Source: Clostridia bacterium
GTDB taxonomy: Bacteria; Bacillota; Clostridia; DUPQ01
Length of the DNA: 64,000 nucleotides
Assembly: GCA_041678685.1 (NCBI GenBank)
Contig: JBAYNV010000003.1
Location: 24-64,023, forward strand
Direction of reading: 5' to 3'
In this document: piece after piece, positions 1 through 10,175 of the stretch
Position numbering within the stretch: the stretch's first letter is position 1
Layout: every line of letters begins with the position of its first letter
Notes under the pieces: generated by a model
Database searches by the model: none
What the model was told of the DNA's origin: nothing
What the model saw: the letters and a program-made list of their open reading frames with translations, nothing else
Program-made: the position numbers and the translations under genes

Positions 1-76
1 TGTAAAACAGTATTTTGTAGTATTTTATTCTCTTTTGTCTCTGTGCATCATATGTTGATTTGATTATTATCTATAT

Positions 77-304
77 ATGGAAAAATATAGCAATAAAAGC
101 AGACTCAAAGGTTCAGCCACAGTGGAAATGATCATAGTGTTTCCCATAATACTCATTCTGCTGATATCGGTCATATATCTGATGATCATTATCGGGAGCA
201 AAGAGATGATCCATGAGGAGTACAGATTCATGGAATACATAAGAGAAGCAGACAGTTTAGCAAGAAAGGCAGCTTTGGCAGATGAGATCATTACAAAAGA
301 ATAG
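77..304 (+). CDS. TadE-like Flp-pilus pseudopilin/assembly protein (75 aa)
   Basis: N-terminal motif KGSATVEMIIVFPIILILL, typical of the TadE/TadG N-terminal domain, with a single TM helix. It overlaps the next gene by 23 nt. Confidence 0.5.
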   Translation: MEKYSNKSRLKGSATVEMIIVFPIILILLISVIYLMIIIGSKEMIHEEYRFMEYIREADSLARKAALADEIITKE

Positions 305-2267
305 AAAAGGTTCTATTACAGTTTTCTGTGCAATAACGATACCGGCTGTGCTGATACTTTCAATGGTCCTATCGGATATATATATGTTAAGGTCTGCAAA
401 GGCATATACGCAAAAGGCATTGAAAGTCGCATGCGAATGCATCCTCTCTTCATATTCATCATATATGAAAGAAGCATATTCCATCTACGGTTATGAAATG
501 GATGAAGAAGAAAGTGAAACCGTAGTACGCGATATCCTTGCCAAATACTTTTCGGACAGCGGCATACTGTCTATCATTACTGAAGAGATCACAGTGGAAA
601 GAACAGATAAGCTTACCGATGCTAAAATACTGCAGGATCAGATATCAACAGTTATGAACGATGATATATATGCAGTGCTTTTAAAGGAAGTGAATGAAAG
701 GATCCGATCCATATCGACAATGAATGGAGTTTTTAAAGTGCTCAGAGTCAAGATGCAGATGGATGAAGTGATCAGCGGGATACAGAATATCAGAGCGGAA
801 TTCCAGATCATAACAGACAGTATAAACGGGATGACCGAATACATCGATCTTATGAATTATGTATATGAAGTACAGGTCATATATGCATCGATCATGGAAA
901 AAAAGAGCATGGAGCCGAGCGAACTCCTGGAAGAGGAAATAAAGTCGCTTACAAAACAGGCGTTGCGGATAATTGATGAAAATATTGAAAACATCATATA
1001 TGTGATGAAGGAATACAACAGAAAAGGATTGGAACTGCTTCAGGATATGTGCGAGGCCTATATCGACATCCACATGATCTCAGACAGCATGAATGAACTT
1101 ATAAATGAGATCAACGGTGTACCTGAATACCTTATATACATTTTAGAAGGATGCACTGAATTGCTTAACAAGACAGAAACCGCATTCTCAGACAGCGTAT
1201 TCGATATTATTAGAAGAACATTTAATAAAAATATAAATGAACTGGAGGATGTGTGCGATGATGTTTCAAAAGCCGTGACCGAGGGTTTTGTGGAAGATAT
1301 TGTGACTGTTTTTAATAATGCGCTGGGAGGTTATTGCGATATTGTATATGAAGATGCGGAGTTTGATGATTATCTGAATACCTATATCGACGGATTGGAA
1401 TATGACGATCCGAGGACCTTCTTTCAGAAAGTAGCCGAGGATGTGCTGAAAAGCATATCATTTGATGATGATATCATAGACGGTTTTGTTTATCTTATAT
1501 CCGATGACATTGCACGAAGGAACTGCAGTTTTTCCGTGGATACTACAGGAAATACATTAGAAGGTATACTGTCGCAGATGGATGAAATATCCATATCGCT
1601 TGAGGAATTGAGGGAAAGCATACTTCTCAATGAATTCATCCTGCTGTTTTTCAACAGCTATACTGACGATGACGTTAACAGGAACAGATATCTCGACAGT
1701 GAAGTGGAATACATCATTTTCGGAGACAGTGACGCAAATAGAAACCTTAAGTCAGCGAAAGCCTCTCTGATGGGCTTTCGCTTTCTGTCAAACATGCTTC
1801 ATGTGTATTCCGACATGGACAAGACTGTCCGGGCGAAATCGATCGCATCATATGTTGCAGGTTCATGGACATTCGGAGCGGGAACACCTATAGTTGAAAA
1901 TCTCATTCTTTGTTCATGGGCTCTTGGGGAGTCTGCATATGATGTGAACCAGCTTTTTAAAGGGAAAAGCTGTCCTCTGTATAAACTTGACGGTGACTGG
2001 CAGCTGGACATAGGGATAGAGCAAGGAACGGGTAAAACACCTGATTATCTTAAACTTGATTATGAAGATCATCTTCGCATACTGCTTGCAATAACGCCTA
2101 ATGAAACAAAGATACTTCGTATGCTTGACCTGATAGCTCTGAATGCTCCGGGTGACCTTGATATGTCAGATATGTACTGCGGCGTCTATATCCGGATCAC
2201 TGTATCTGTAAGAAGCATGTTTGGCCTTAAAAGATATATATCTATCGAGGTGACAGATGGATTCTAA
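282..2267 (+). CDS. TadG-like large Tad-pilus associated protein (661 aa, acidic, N-terminal TM)
   Basis: N-terminus KGSITVFCAITIPAVLILSMVLSDIYMLRSAKAY matches the TadE/G-like N-terminal domain. It is followed by a large D/E-rich domain. It sits between two TadE-like genes with 4-11 nt overlaps. Confidence 0.5.
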   Translation: MRSLQKNRKGSITVFCAITIPAVLILSMVLSDIYMLRSAKAYTQKALKVACECILSSYSSYMKEAYSIYGYEMDEEESETVVRDILAKYFSDSGILSIITEEITVERTDKLTDAKILQDQISTVMNDDIYAVLLKEVNERIRSISTMNGVFKVLRVKMQMDEVISGIQNIRAEFQIITDSINGMTEYIDLMNYVYEVQVIYASIMEKKSMEPSELLEEEIKSLTKQALRIIDENIENIIYVMKEYNRKGLELLQDMCEAYIDIHMISDSMNELINEINGVPEYLIYILEGCTELLNKTETAFSDSVFDIIRRTFNKNINELEDVCDDVSKAVTEGFVEDIVTVFNNALGGYCDIVYEDAEFDDYLNTYIDGLEYDDPRTFFQKVAEDVLKSISFDDDIIDGFVYLISDDIARRNCSFSVDTTGNTLEGILSQMDEISISLEELRESILLNEFILLFFNSYTDDDVNRNRYLDSEVEYIIFGDSDANRNLKSAKASLMGFRFLSNMLHVYSDMDKTVRAKSIASYVAGSWTFGAGTPIVENLILCSWALGESAYDVNQLFKGKSCPLYKLDGDWQLDIGIEQGTGKTPDYLKLDYEDHLRILLAITPNETKILRMLDLIALNAPGDLDMSDMYCGVYIRITVSVRSMFGLKRYISIEVTDGF

Positions 2268-3021
2268 AGGAAGCATTACTTTGGAAGCCTCAGTGTGTTC
2301 AGTCGTGTTCATTTTTCTTCTGATGTTTTTCATACATATCATAGGTTATGTCGATACTACAATGTTTCTCAAAAAAGAACTGGATAAGCGGCTCCTGGAT
2401 ACATCGCTTACTCATTACATGACAGGCGTATACTGGGTGGATGTCATGACATGTGATGATATCACAAATGTTAAAAACATAACCTTTTGCGCCTTACCGT
2501 ATGAAGACTGTTACACTATGAAAATTTCCGGTACATACTGCGGTATCCTTGCAGAACATGCCATTACCGTTGCATCGGTGATACCTGCATGGAAAGGCGA
2601 TGGTATAACTGAAACAGAGAACAGCATATGGGATGATGATCCGTGGCAGCGGGGGATCGAACTGCATTCGATGATGGGTTCCAACCTTGATCCGGATTTT
2701 CCTATACTCGATATTTACGATGAGTATACAGGTGAAGCGACGGCTATAATTTCTCTGAATACAACGGATGAGAGTTATCTTACAGGATATGACCTTAAAA
2801 AAAAGATCAAAACCTGTGTAGATGAACTTGACGGATATGAGACGACCACATATGGTGATCTGACTATAGAAGCAGCGGATATCGAGAAGAAGAAAGTGAT
2901 GCTTGTCATACCGAATGATCCTCTTAATGATCATCAGAGCAGGCAGATAGAACAGATGATACAGTATGCAGAAAATATGGGAATAGAACTGAAAGTGAAA
3001 AAGTATCAGAATGCTGATTAG
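2257..3021 (+). CDS. TadE-like pilus assembly protein (254 aa)
   Basis: N-terminus KGSITLEASVCSVVFIFLLMFF is a TadE-like motif followed by a TM helix. Confidence 0.45.
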   Translation: MDSKGSITLEASVCSVVFIFLLMFFIHIIGYVDTTMFLKKELDKRLLDTSLTHYMTGVYWVDVMTCDDITNVKNITFCALPYEDCYTMKISGTYCGILAEHAITVASVIPAWKGDGITETENSIWDDDPWQRGIELHSMMGSNLDPDFPILDIYDEYTGEATAIISLNTTDESYLTGYDLKKKIKTCVDELDGYETTTYGDLTIEAADIEKKKVMLVIPNDPLNDHQSRQIEQMIQYAENMGIELKVKKYQNAD

Positions 3022-3048
3022 GCATCTTAAATACATACCAGCCGGTAA

Positions 3049-4410
3049 TTGCAATACTTAATTGTAAATATATACTTTTATATATATAATTGTTGTAAGG
3101 ATGGTATAAAAGTGAAGTATCAGTTGGTCTTTGCCGGAGGCGGCGCAAAAGGCTCATATCAGATAGGGGTATGGAAAGCTTTAATAGAACTCAATATTGA
3201 GATAGACATGGTGATAGGTACATCGATTGGTTCCATAAACGGTGCGATAGTCGCATGCGGTGAATATGAAAAAGCGGAGCATTTATGGGAGACGCTTGAT
3301 ATGTCTGCATTATTCAATTTACCTTCCGAGAACGCCAAAGGCGAAGCGAATACCAGGGAATATTTCGAAAACATATTAAAAAACAGAGGGCTTGATACAT
3401 CATCCTTACGCTGTTATCTGAACGAGGTTATAAAAGAGGATATTTTCAGAAGATCACAGATCGATTTTGCGCTTGTTACATTTTCACTGTCTCAGATGAA
3501 ACCGCTCATACTTTTTAAAAAGGATATACCTGAAGGCAAACTGGTGGATTTTGTTCTTGCAAGCTCAGCTCTCCCCGGATTGATAAAACAGGAAATAGAA
3601 GGGACAGTTTATGTTGACGGCGGCATCTACGATAATATGCCCATAAATGTACTTATCGATCATGGATATAAAAACATTATCGCTGTAAGTAACTCAGCGA
3701 TCGGCATGTACAAAAAAACAAAGGAAACCGATGCGAATATCATAATTATCGAGAATAAATGCATTCTTGGCAGCATAATGGAATTCAATCCAAAAAATGC
3801 TCATAAAAACATCCTGCTTGGATACCTTGACGGGATGAAGGCTTTTGGCAAATACATCGGGAAGTCGTATTATATAAAAGAAAATAAGGAAAGTATTTTA
3901 TCTGCTCCTTTAAGTGAAAAAGAAATCGATATGCTGTACCTGAATCTGAAAAACAACAAGAAAACACTCGTCCCGCCCAGTTTGCTGCAATTCCAGCTTC
4001 TTAGAACGTTAAGGAACCATTCCGAAGGCTTCCTTACGGAGAAAAGAGCATTGATTGCGGCGATCGAGATCACAGCCGATGTACTCGGAATAGAAAAAAT
4101 ACATGAATACACGGTGGATGAACTCATACAGGCGGAATTGGATGCATACAACGTCATTAAAAAAGAAACACCGACAGCATCTGCAGTGGACAGAAAATTC
4201 TTTAATAACATCATCAGTAAGATCTGGGATCGTAAGAAATTAAGATTTAACGATGCTGCCATGAAAAAAATATATCTGGGGCAGGTCCTTATAGATAAAG
4301 ATGCAGTTTCTTTCGATGTCAATACTCCTACCGAATATCTGATAGCCAACCTTTTCATTTATCTGATGTTATGGAGGATGAAAAAGAATAAAGCAGTAGG
4401 AGAGAATTAA
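3049..4410 (+). CDS. Patatin-like phospholipase
   Basis: VFAGGGAKGSYQIGV oxyanion hole motif, GTSIGS (GXSXG) nucleophile elbow and a DGG motif. The real start may be the in-frame GTG at 3112, which is preceded by AAGGA. Confidence 0.8.
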   Translation: MQYLIVNIYFYIYNCCKDGIKVKYQLVFAGGGAKGSYQIGVWKALIELNIEIDMVIGTSIGSINGAIVACGEYEKAEHLWETLDMSALFNLPSENAKGEANTREYFENILKNRGLDTSSLRCYLNEVIKEDIFRRSQIDFALVTFSLSQMKPLILFKKDIPEGKLVDFVLASSALPGLIKQEIEGTVYVDGGIYDNMPINVLIDHGYKNIIAVSNSAIGMYKKTKETDANIIIIENKCILGSIMEFNPKNAHKNILLGYLDGMKAFGKYIGKSYYIKENKESILSAPLSEKEIDMLYLNLKNNKKTLVPPSLLQFQLLRTLRNHSEGFLTEKRALIAAIEITADVLGIEKIHEYTVDELIQAELDAYNVIKKETPTASAVDRKFFNNIISKIWDRKKLRFNDAAMKKIYLGQVLIDKDAVSFDVNTPTEYLIANLFIYLMLWRMKKNKAVGEN

Positions 4411-5187
4411 GTGAACGAGTATATTAAAAACAAAAAAGGTTTCATAATCGATATGGATGGCGTGTTATACCATGGTAACCATGTTCTTGACGGAGCAATA
4501 GAATTCGTCGCATGGCTGATGGCGAATGACAAGAAATATCTGTTTCTCACTAACAGTTCGGAAAGATCGCCTATGGAATTATCTCAGAAACTTGCCAGAC
4601 TTGGCATCATTGTTGATGAAAGGCATTTCTATACTTCCGCGATAGCTACTGCAAGTTTCCTCTCGAGCCAGAGTCCTCGTTGTTCTGCATATATAATAGG
4701 GGAACCGGGGCTGATGAACGCTTTATATAATGAAGGGATAACAATGAACGATGTGAATCCCGAATATGTAATAATAGGGGAGACACGCACATATAACTTT
4801 GAAAAGATCGAAAAAGCGGTCCAGCTCGTTGCTAAAGGGGCTAAACTGGTAGGAACAAATCCGGATAGAACAGGACCTACAGAAAAAGGTATAATGCCTG
4901 CAACAGGTGCTCTTGCGGTACCGATCGAAATAGCGACAGGAAAAAAGGCTTATTATATAGGTAAACCCAATCCCCTTATGATGAAGCATGCCATAAAGAA
5001 ACTGAACATTGACCCAAAGGATACTATCATCATAGGCGACAGGATGGATACAGACATTGTAGCCGGAATTGAAAGCGAGATCGATACCATACTTGTACTT
5101 AGCGGCGTTACCAACGAAGAAAACATCAGTAATTTTTCTTACAGGCCAAAATATATATATCCCAACATAGGAGAAATAGTAAAATGA
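4411..5187 (+). CDS. HAD-superfamily subfamily IIA hydrolase (NagD/p-nitrophenyl phosphatase-like)
   Basis: IIDMDGVLYHG motif I, LTNSS, a GKP motif and GDRMDTDI motif IV. It uses a GTG start. Confidence 0.8.
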   Translation: MNEYIKNKKGFIIDMDGVLYHGNHVLDGAIEFVAWLMANDKKYLFLTNSSERSPMELSQKLARLGIIVDERHFYTSAIATASFLSSQSPRCSAYIIGEPGLMNALYNEGITMNDVNPEYVIIGETRTYNFEKIEKAVQLVAKGAKLVGTNPDRTGPTEKGIMPATGALAVPIEIATGKKAYYIGKPNPLMMKHAIKKLNIDPKDTIIIGDRMDTDIVAGIESEIDTILVLSGVTNEENISNFSYRPKYIYPNIGEIVK

Positions 5188-5204
5188 AAATTTTTTAAAA
5201 ATGT

Positions 5205-5233
5205 TTGACAAATTTTCAATAGTATGATAATAT
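5205..5233 (+). promoter_or_regulatory. Putative sigma-A promoter for rho (TTGACA-17-TAATAT)
   Basis: TTGACA at 5205-5210, a 17-nt spacer, then TAATAT at 5228-5233, about 70 nt upstream of rho. Confidence 0.4.
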
Positions 5234-5304
5234 GCGTTTTCGATAAACATTTTTAATCAAACAATTATAAATTATTATCATAAAAAATTTAGTGAGGGTA
5301 TTTA

Positions 5305-6864
5305 ATGAATGAGGATGAGATTCTAAGGTCGAAATCCGTTGCGGATTTGCGGGTAATTGCGAAAACTTTGGGTGTTAAAAGCGTTACCATTATGAAAAAG
5401 GAAGACCTTATAAGAAGGATATTGGGAATTACTGCCACAGAAGTCAAGGAAACCGTAAAAGAACCTGAGCCTGTTTCAGTGCCTGTTGAAGTAGTACAGG
5501 ACATATTGGCGACTGTAACACAGGAAACGGTTAAAAAACCGCGTTATCTTCTATCGAAAATGGCTAAGGAGTCTGACGATGCAAAAGCTGCTCGTGAAGA
5601 GAAGAGAGCTAATGCTGTACGTAAATCTTTAGAAGAAGCCAATGCAAAGAAACTTGAAGACGAAGCGAATAAGCAGGTCTCGGAAGTGAAAGAGGATGTA
5701 CAGAAGGAAGAACAGGAACCGGCAGTTGAATCTGTACAGCTTGATGAGGTATGCGGAATTCTTGAGATACTGCCCGATGGGTATGGTTTCTTAAGAACAG
5801 ATAATTATACATATGGCCCAAAAGATGTATATGTGGCTCCTAATCAGATAAGAAAGTTTGGTATCAAGACTGGTGATAAGGTTCTGGGAGTCGGAAGACC
5901 AAAGAAAGAAAATGAGAAATTCCAGGCTTTGCAGAATGTCATATCGGTAAACGGCGAGGATCCTTCAAAAGTCTTCCTGCGCAGACCTTTTGATACGCTG
6001 ACTCCGATATTTCCTGAAGAAAGACTTACGCTTGAAAATAATCCAAAAGATTATTCCACAAGAATTATAGATCTGATCGCACCAATAGGTAAAGGACAGA
6101 GAGGTATGATAGTATCTCCTCCTAAAGCCGGTAAAACGGTTCTGTTGAAGAAGATCGCAAACAGTATTACAGCAAATCATCCCGACTGTGAACTCATAAT
6201 ATTACTTATAGATGAAAGACCCGAGGAAGTTACTGATATGCAGAGATCTGTTAAAGCTGATATCGTATTTTCCACATTCGATAAAGTACCTGAAAACCAT
6301 GTGAAAGTGGCAGAGATGGCACTTGAAAGAGCTCAGAGGCTTGTTGAGCAGGGAAAGGATGTCGTTATCCTTCTTGACAGTATAACAAGGCTTGCAAGAG
6401 CTCACAACCTTACCATAGCTCCGACCGGCAGGACCCTGTCAGGAGGACTGGATCCGGGCGCTCTGCATGCTCCAAAAAGGTTTTTCGGTTCAGCGCGTAA
6501 TATCGAATTCGGAGGAAGCCTTACGATAATAGCTACAGCACTGATAGAAACAGGAAGCAGAATGGATGATGTTATATTCGAGGAATTCAAGGGAACAGGC
6601 AATATGGAGCTTCATCTTGACAGAAAGCTTTCTGAAAAGAGAATATTCCCGGCAATAGACATAAATAAATCCGGTACAAGAAGAGAGGAACTGCTTCTTA
6701 ACAAAAAGGAATTGGAAAGCATCTGGACGATACGCCGCGCCATGAGCAATATGGGTACTGCTGAAGTCACAGAATGGATGATCGACAAACTGGTCAAGAC
6801 GAAAAACAACGCGGAATTCGTGAACAGTATAAATATAAAGCAATCTAACACGACTGAATATTAA
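5305..6864 (+). CDS. rho: Transcription termination factor Rho (519 aa, with K/E-rich N-terminal insertion)
   Basis: Rho_N region, CSD-like [13 protein letters not shown], Walker [16 protein letters not shown] and the Rho RecA domain. It has about 100 extra N-terminal residues relative to E. coli Rho. Confidence 0.95.
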   Translation: MNEDEILRSKSVADLRVIAKTLGVKSVTIMKKEDLIRRILGITATEVKETVKEPEPVSVPVEVVQDILATVTQETVKKPRYLLSKMAKESDDAKAAREEKRANAVRKSLEEANAKKLEDEANKQVSEVKEDVQKEEQEPAVESVQLDEVCGILEILPDGYGFLRTDNYTYGPKDVYVAPNQIRKFGIKTGDKVLGVGRPKKENEKFQALQNVISVNGEDPSKVFLRRPFDTLTPIFPEERLTLENNPKDYSTRIIDLIAPIGKGQRGMIVSPPKAGKTVLLKKIANSITANHPDCELIILLIDERPEEVTDMQRSVKADIVFSTFDKVPENHVKVAEMALERAQRLVEQGKDVVILLDSITRLARAHNLTIAPTGRTLSGGLDPGALHAPKRFFGSARNIEFGGSLTIIATALIETGSRMDDVIFEEFKGTGNMELHLDRKLSEKRIFPAIDINKSGTRREELLLNKKELESIWTIRRAMSNMGTAEVTEWMIDKLVKTKNNAEFVNSINIKQSNTTEY

Positions 6865-6900
6865 CATTTTCAGCCTGAGAAAATTGTGTAAAAATATATA

Positions 6901-6929
6901 TTGAAATACCAAATATCGTGTGATATAAT
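6901..6929 (+). promoter_or_regulatory. Putative promoter for rpmE (TTGAAA-17-TATAAT with TG extended -10)
   Basis: TTGAAA at 6901-6906, a 17-nt spacer ending in gTGa, then TATAAT at 6924-6929. Confidence 0.45.
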
Positions 6930-6960
6930 GGCTTTCGCGTCGATTTAGGAGGTGAAAAGG

Positions 6961-7161
6961 ATGAAAAAAGATTTACATCCCAAGTATTATAAGACAACTG
7001 CAACTTGTGCATGCGGAAACGTATTTGAAATAGGTTCAACTAAAAAAGACATTAAAGTAGAAATTTGTTCAAATTGCCATCCGTACTTTACAGGAAAACA
7101 AAAACTTGTAGACTCTGGCGGTAGAGTTGATAAATTCAAAAAGAAATACGGCATTGCTTAA
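6961..7161 (+). CDS. rpmE: 50S ribosomal protein L31
   Basis: [10 protein letters not shown]...CACGN...[10 protein letters not shown] is the zinc-ribbon type L31. AGGAGG lies 9 nt upstream of the ATG at 6961. The ORF-track start at 6952 is probably too long. Confidence 0.9.
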   Translation: MKKDLHPKYYKTTATCACGNVFEIGSTKKDIKVEICSNCHPYFTGKQKLVDSGGRVDKFKKKYGIA

Positions 7162-7171
7162 TGCATGTTAC

Positions 7172-7203
7172 GGGTTGTGTAAAAAGCAACCCGATTTTTT
7201 TAT
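7172..7203 (+). terminator. Rho-independent terminator after rpmE
   Basis: GGGTTG...CAACCC stem followed by a T8 run. Confidence 0.6.
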
Positions 7204-8145
7204 GTGGGTATTATGAAAAAAACATCTATCGGAGGCTCTGCCTTATTAGAAGGCATAATGATGATAGGGCCTTATAAAAAAGCTATAGCTGTAAGAAAAC
7301 CAGACGGAGAGATGGATCTTTGCGTTGAGGATCTTCCTAAAAAAAATAAGATATCAAAAATACCTATATTCAGAGGGGCATACAACCTTATATATCAGAT
7401 GATAATAAGCATAAAAGCCCTGACATATGCTGCGTCTTTTTATGATCTGGAGGAAGAACCAAAGAAAGAACCCGAAGGAGAAGCAGTTCCAAAAGATGAT
7501 ACTATAAAAAAAGACAAAAAGAATGCAGAAACATTAGGGAAAGGGACTATATTCTTTTCACTTTTACTGTCTCTTGTTGTGACAGTAGGGTTGTTTATCC
7601 TGCTGCCGAATTTCCTTATCGGCCTTTTAGGCATAAAGAGCAATATCCTGAACAATCTGCTTGAAGGTGTCGTAAGGATCCTCATATTCACATTGTATCT
7701 GAAGCTTTGCTCTCTTATGAAAGATATCAAGAGAGTATGGATGTATCATGGCGCTGAACACAAGACTATAAGCTGTTACGAAGCAGCTGATGAACTCACA
7801 GTAGCGAATGTAAGGAAGTACAGCACAAAACACAGAAGATGCGGAACAAGCTTTATGTTCCTTGTGTTGATAGTATCTATCATTGTCTTTTCATTTGTGG
7901 GCTGGTATTCACCGCTGGTGAATATACTTTTCAGGATCGCTCTTATACCTCTTGTTGCCGGTATAGCATATGAAATAATCAGGATAACAGGAAAACATGA
8001 TAATATTGTGTCAAGAATCGTTTCCGCACCGGGAATGTGGTTTCAACGTCTTACTACGGCTGAGCCGGATGACGGAATGATAGAGTGTGCAATAGCTGCA
8101 TTCACCGCTGTTCTGCCGGAAAATGAAAATGATTCAAAATGGTGA
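7204..8145 (+). CDS. DUF1385 family membrane-associated protein (YqhQ-like)
   Basis: IGGSALLEGIMM N-terminus, a central TM hairpin and HGAEHK motifs. The rpmE-DUF1385-prmC synteny is conserved in Clostridia. The alternative ATG at 7213 is possible. Confidence 0.7.
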   Translation: MGIMKKTSIGGSALLEGIMMIGPYKKAIAVRKPDGEMDLCVEDLPKKNKISKIPIFRGAYNLIYQMIISIKALTYAASFYDLEEEPKKEPEGEAVPKDDTIKKDKKNAETLGKGTIFFSLLLSLVVTVGLFILLPNFLIGLLGIKSNILNNLLEGVVRILIFTLYLKLCSLMKDIKRVWMYHGAEHKTISCYEAADELTVANVRKYSTKHRRCGTSFMFLVLIVSIIVFSFVGWYSPLVNILFRIALIPLVAGIAYEIIRITGKHDNIVSRIVSAPGMWFQRLTTAEPDDGMIECAIAAFTAVLPENENDSKW

Positions 8146-8972
8146 TATCTGAGCTTGTCAGTCTTTATTCCAAAAGACTCGACGACAAAAAAGAACTGTA
8201 TTATTTTATGGGGGAGATATTCGATAAGGATATCTCATACTTTTATGCGCACGGCGATGAGACAGTAGATGATAAAAAAGTAAAAAAGCTGAACAGCTAT
8301 ATCGAAAGAAGGCTTAAAGGCGAACCTGTCGAGTATATTATCGGAAAAGCATATTTTATGTCATGTACATTCAAAGTCTCAAAAGGCATCCTTATACCCC
8401 GCAGTGATACTGAAACGGTCGCTGAGGAAGCGGTCAGGATACTGAGCCAGATGAAAAATAATCCATGGGTACTCGATATGTGCTGCGGTTCAGGATGTAT
8501 TGGCATATCAGTAGCGAAACTTGTAGATAATGCGCTTGTCACGCTTTGCGATGTGTCTGATATATGTATAGAGACGACTGAGAAAAATATTAAGCTGAAT
8601 AGGGTGGATGACAGGTGCCGTGCATTGAAAAGCGACCTTTTCAAGAGCATTCAAGGCAGATTTGATATCATAATATCCAATCCGCCTTATATACCGATGA
8701 ACGAATATGTGAGGCTTGACCACAGCGTGCTGGATTATGAACCTAAGGAAGCACTGCTCGGCGGTATGGAAGGTACAGAATATTATACGGATATAGCAGA
8801 TAAAGCGCTGAATTTTTTAAGTAAAGGCGGATACTTACTATTTGAAGTCGGCTATGATCAGGCAGAATATGTAGAAAAAATACTTCAGGATAAAGGATAT
8901 ACTCAGATCAGGCATGTGAAGGATCTGCAGGGCATAGACAGAGTCGTCTGTGCGCGGTATTATAGTAACTGA
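8139..8972 (+). CDS. prmC: Release factor glutamine N5-methyltransferase PrmC/HemK
   Basis: NPPY motif, a SAM-binding DMCCGSGCIG motif and a 4-nt ATGA overlap with the upstream gene. Confidence 0.85.
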   Translation: MVISELVSLYSKRLDDKKELYYFMGEIFDKDISYFYAHGDETVDDKKVKKLNSYIERRLKGEPVEYIIGKAYFMSCTFKVSKGILIPRSDTETVAEEAVRILSQMKNNPWVLDMCCGSGCIGISVAKLVDNALVTLCDVSDICIETTEKNIKLNRVDDRCRALKSDLFKSIQGRFDIIISNPPYIPMNEYVRLDHSVLDYEPKEALLGGMEGTEYYTDIADKALNFLSKGGYLLFEVGYDQAEYVEKILQDKGYTQIRHVKDLQGIDRVVCARYYSN

Positions 8973-8994
8973 TATTTTAAAAGGGTGAATATAA

Positions 8995-9771
8995 ATGGAA
9001 AAGAAATACACATTTTTGGATCTGGTGGACATTATGGAAAAGCTGAGAAGCGAGAACGGATGCCCCTGGGATAAAGAGCAGACGCACGGATCGCTTACCA
9101 AGTGCCTGATAGAAGAGGCTTATGAGGCCTGTGATGCGATAGAAGAGAACAGCAAAGACAAGACAGTAGAGGAACTTGGAGATGTTCTGCTTCAGGTTGT
9201 ATTCCATGCGCAGATAGGAAAAGAAGACAACGAATACACCATAGATGACATAACCACCGCTATATGCAAGAAGCTGATATACCGTCATCCCCATATCTTT
9301 TCGGATTGCAAGCTAAAAACATCGGATGAGGTTCTGACTAATTGGGAGAAGCTGAAAAACAGCGAAAAAGGATATGTAAGCGAGACTGACAGCATGAAGA
9401 AGATCCCAAGGAATTTCCCTGCACTTATGAGAGCGTTCAAGGTACAGGAGAAAGCGCACAGGATAGGTTTTGACTGGCCGGATGTGGAAGGTGCATTCCA
9501 AAAAGTGACTGAAGAGACAGGCGAGCTTTTTGAGGCTATGGAAAAAGAAGATGATGCAGGAAAAAAGGAAGAGATCGGCGATCTTCTCTTTGCAGTCGTA
9601 AATGTCTGCAGATTCCTTGACATCGATCCTGAGCAGTACCTGAACAAAGCGACCGATAAGTTCATAAAGAGATTTGAATATGTGGAAGGATCCTGTCTGA
9701 AAAACGGATCAAATATGAAGAATATGACAATCGATGAACTCGATCTGTTATGGAATGAGGCAAAAATATGA
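8995..9771 (+). CDS. mazG: Nucleoside triphosphate pyrophosphohydrolase MazG
   Basis: Tandem MazG domains (EEAYE, and EEIGDLLFAVVN). Confidence 0.85.
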   Translation: MEKKYTFLDLVDIMEKLRSENGCPWDKEQTHGSLTKCLIEEAYEACDAIEENSKDKTVEELGDVLLQVVFHAQIGKEDNEYTIDDITTAICKKLIYRHPHIFSDCKLKTSDEVLTNWEKLKNSEKGYVSETDSMKKIPRNFPALMRAFKVQEKAHRIGFDWPDVEGAFQKVTEETGELFEAMEKEDDAGKKEEIGDLLFAVVNVCRFLDIDPEQYLNKATDKFIKRFEYVEGSCLKNGSNMKNMTIDELDLLWNEAKI

Positions 9772-10010
9772 GAATAGATAAATTTTTAAAAGTAAGCAGG
9801 CTCATAAAACGACGTACAGTGGCGAATGAAGCATGTGAGGGTTCAAAAATATATGTGAACGGTAAGCCGGTAAAACCTTCGTATCAGGTAAATCAGGGCG
9901 ATATACTGGAAATACGTTTCCAGGGCAGCACTGTAAAGGTTAAGGTTCTCAACATACTGGAGAATGTCAGAAAAGCGGATGCTTCCGCTTTATATGACAT
10001 GATCCAGTAA
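9768..10010 (+). CDS. S4-domain RNA-binding protein (YabO/Hsp15-like)
   Basis: MRIDKFLKVSRLIKRRT S4 motif; 80 aa. Confidence 0.75.
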   Translation: MRIDKFLKVSRLIKRRTVANEACEGSKIYVNGKPVKPSYQVNQGDILEIRFQGSTVKVKVLNILENVRKADASALYDMIQ

Positions 10011-10018
10011 AAAAGTGT

Positions 10019-10175
10019 TTGACAATATATATATGATATGTTAATATGTCCTTCGGTAAGCAGAAGTAATCCCTTCTCACCCTCGAAGGCAGCATGCACT
10101 GAACGGGTAAACATATCAAGTAATGAAGTTATTTTATGTGGTCTTGCGGATTGATCTGCGGGACCATATTATTTT
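10019..10175 (+). promoter_or_regulatory. infC-rpmI-rplT promoter plus structured leader (likely L20-responsive attenuator)
   Basis: TTGACA (10019-10024), 17-nt spacer, TAATAT (10042-10047). The roughly 125-nt leader contains a hairpin at 10140-10165 (GGTCTTGCGG/CTGCGGGACC) followed by a U-rich tract just before the RBS. Confidence 0.45.

Noticed and set aside
2494-3054. Minus-strand ORFs nested in + strand genes (e.g. 2494-3054, 3870-4358, 6490-6912, 11495-12046, 30766-31305, 35987-36568, 59981-60571)
   Set aside because: Each lies wholly inside a + strand gene with clear family motifs. They lack RBSs and recognisable domains, so they are frame-shadow ORFs.
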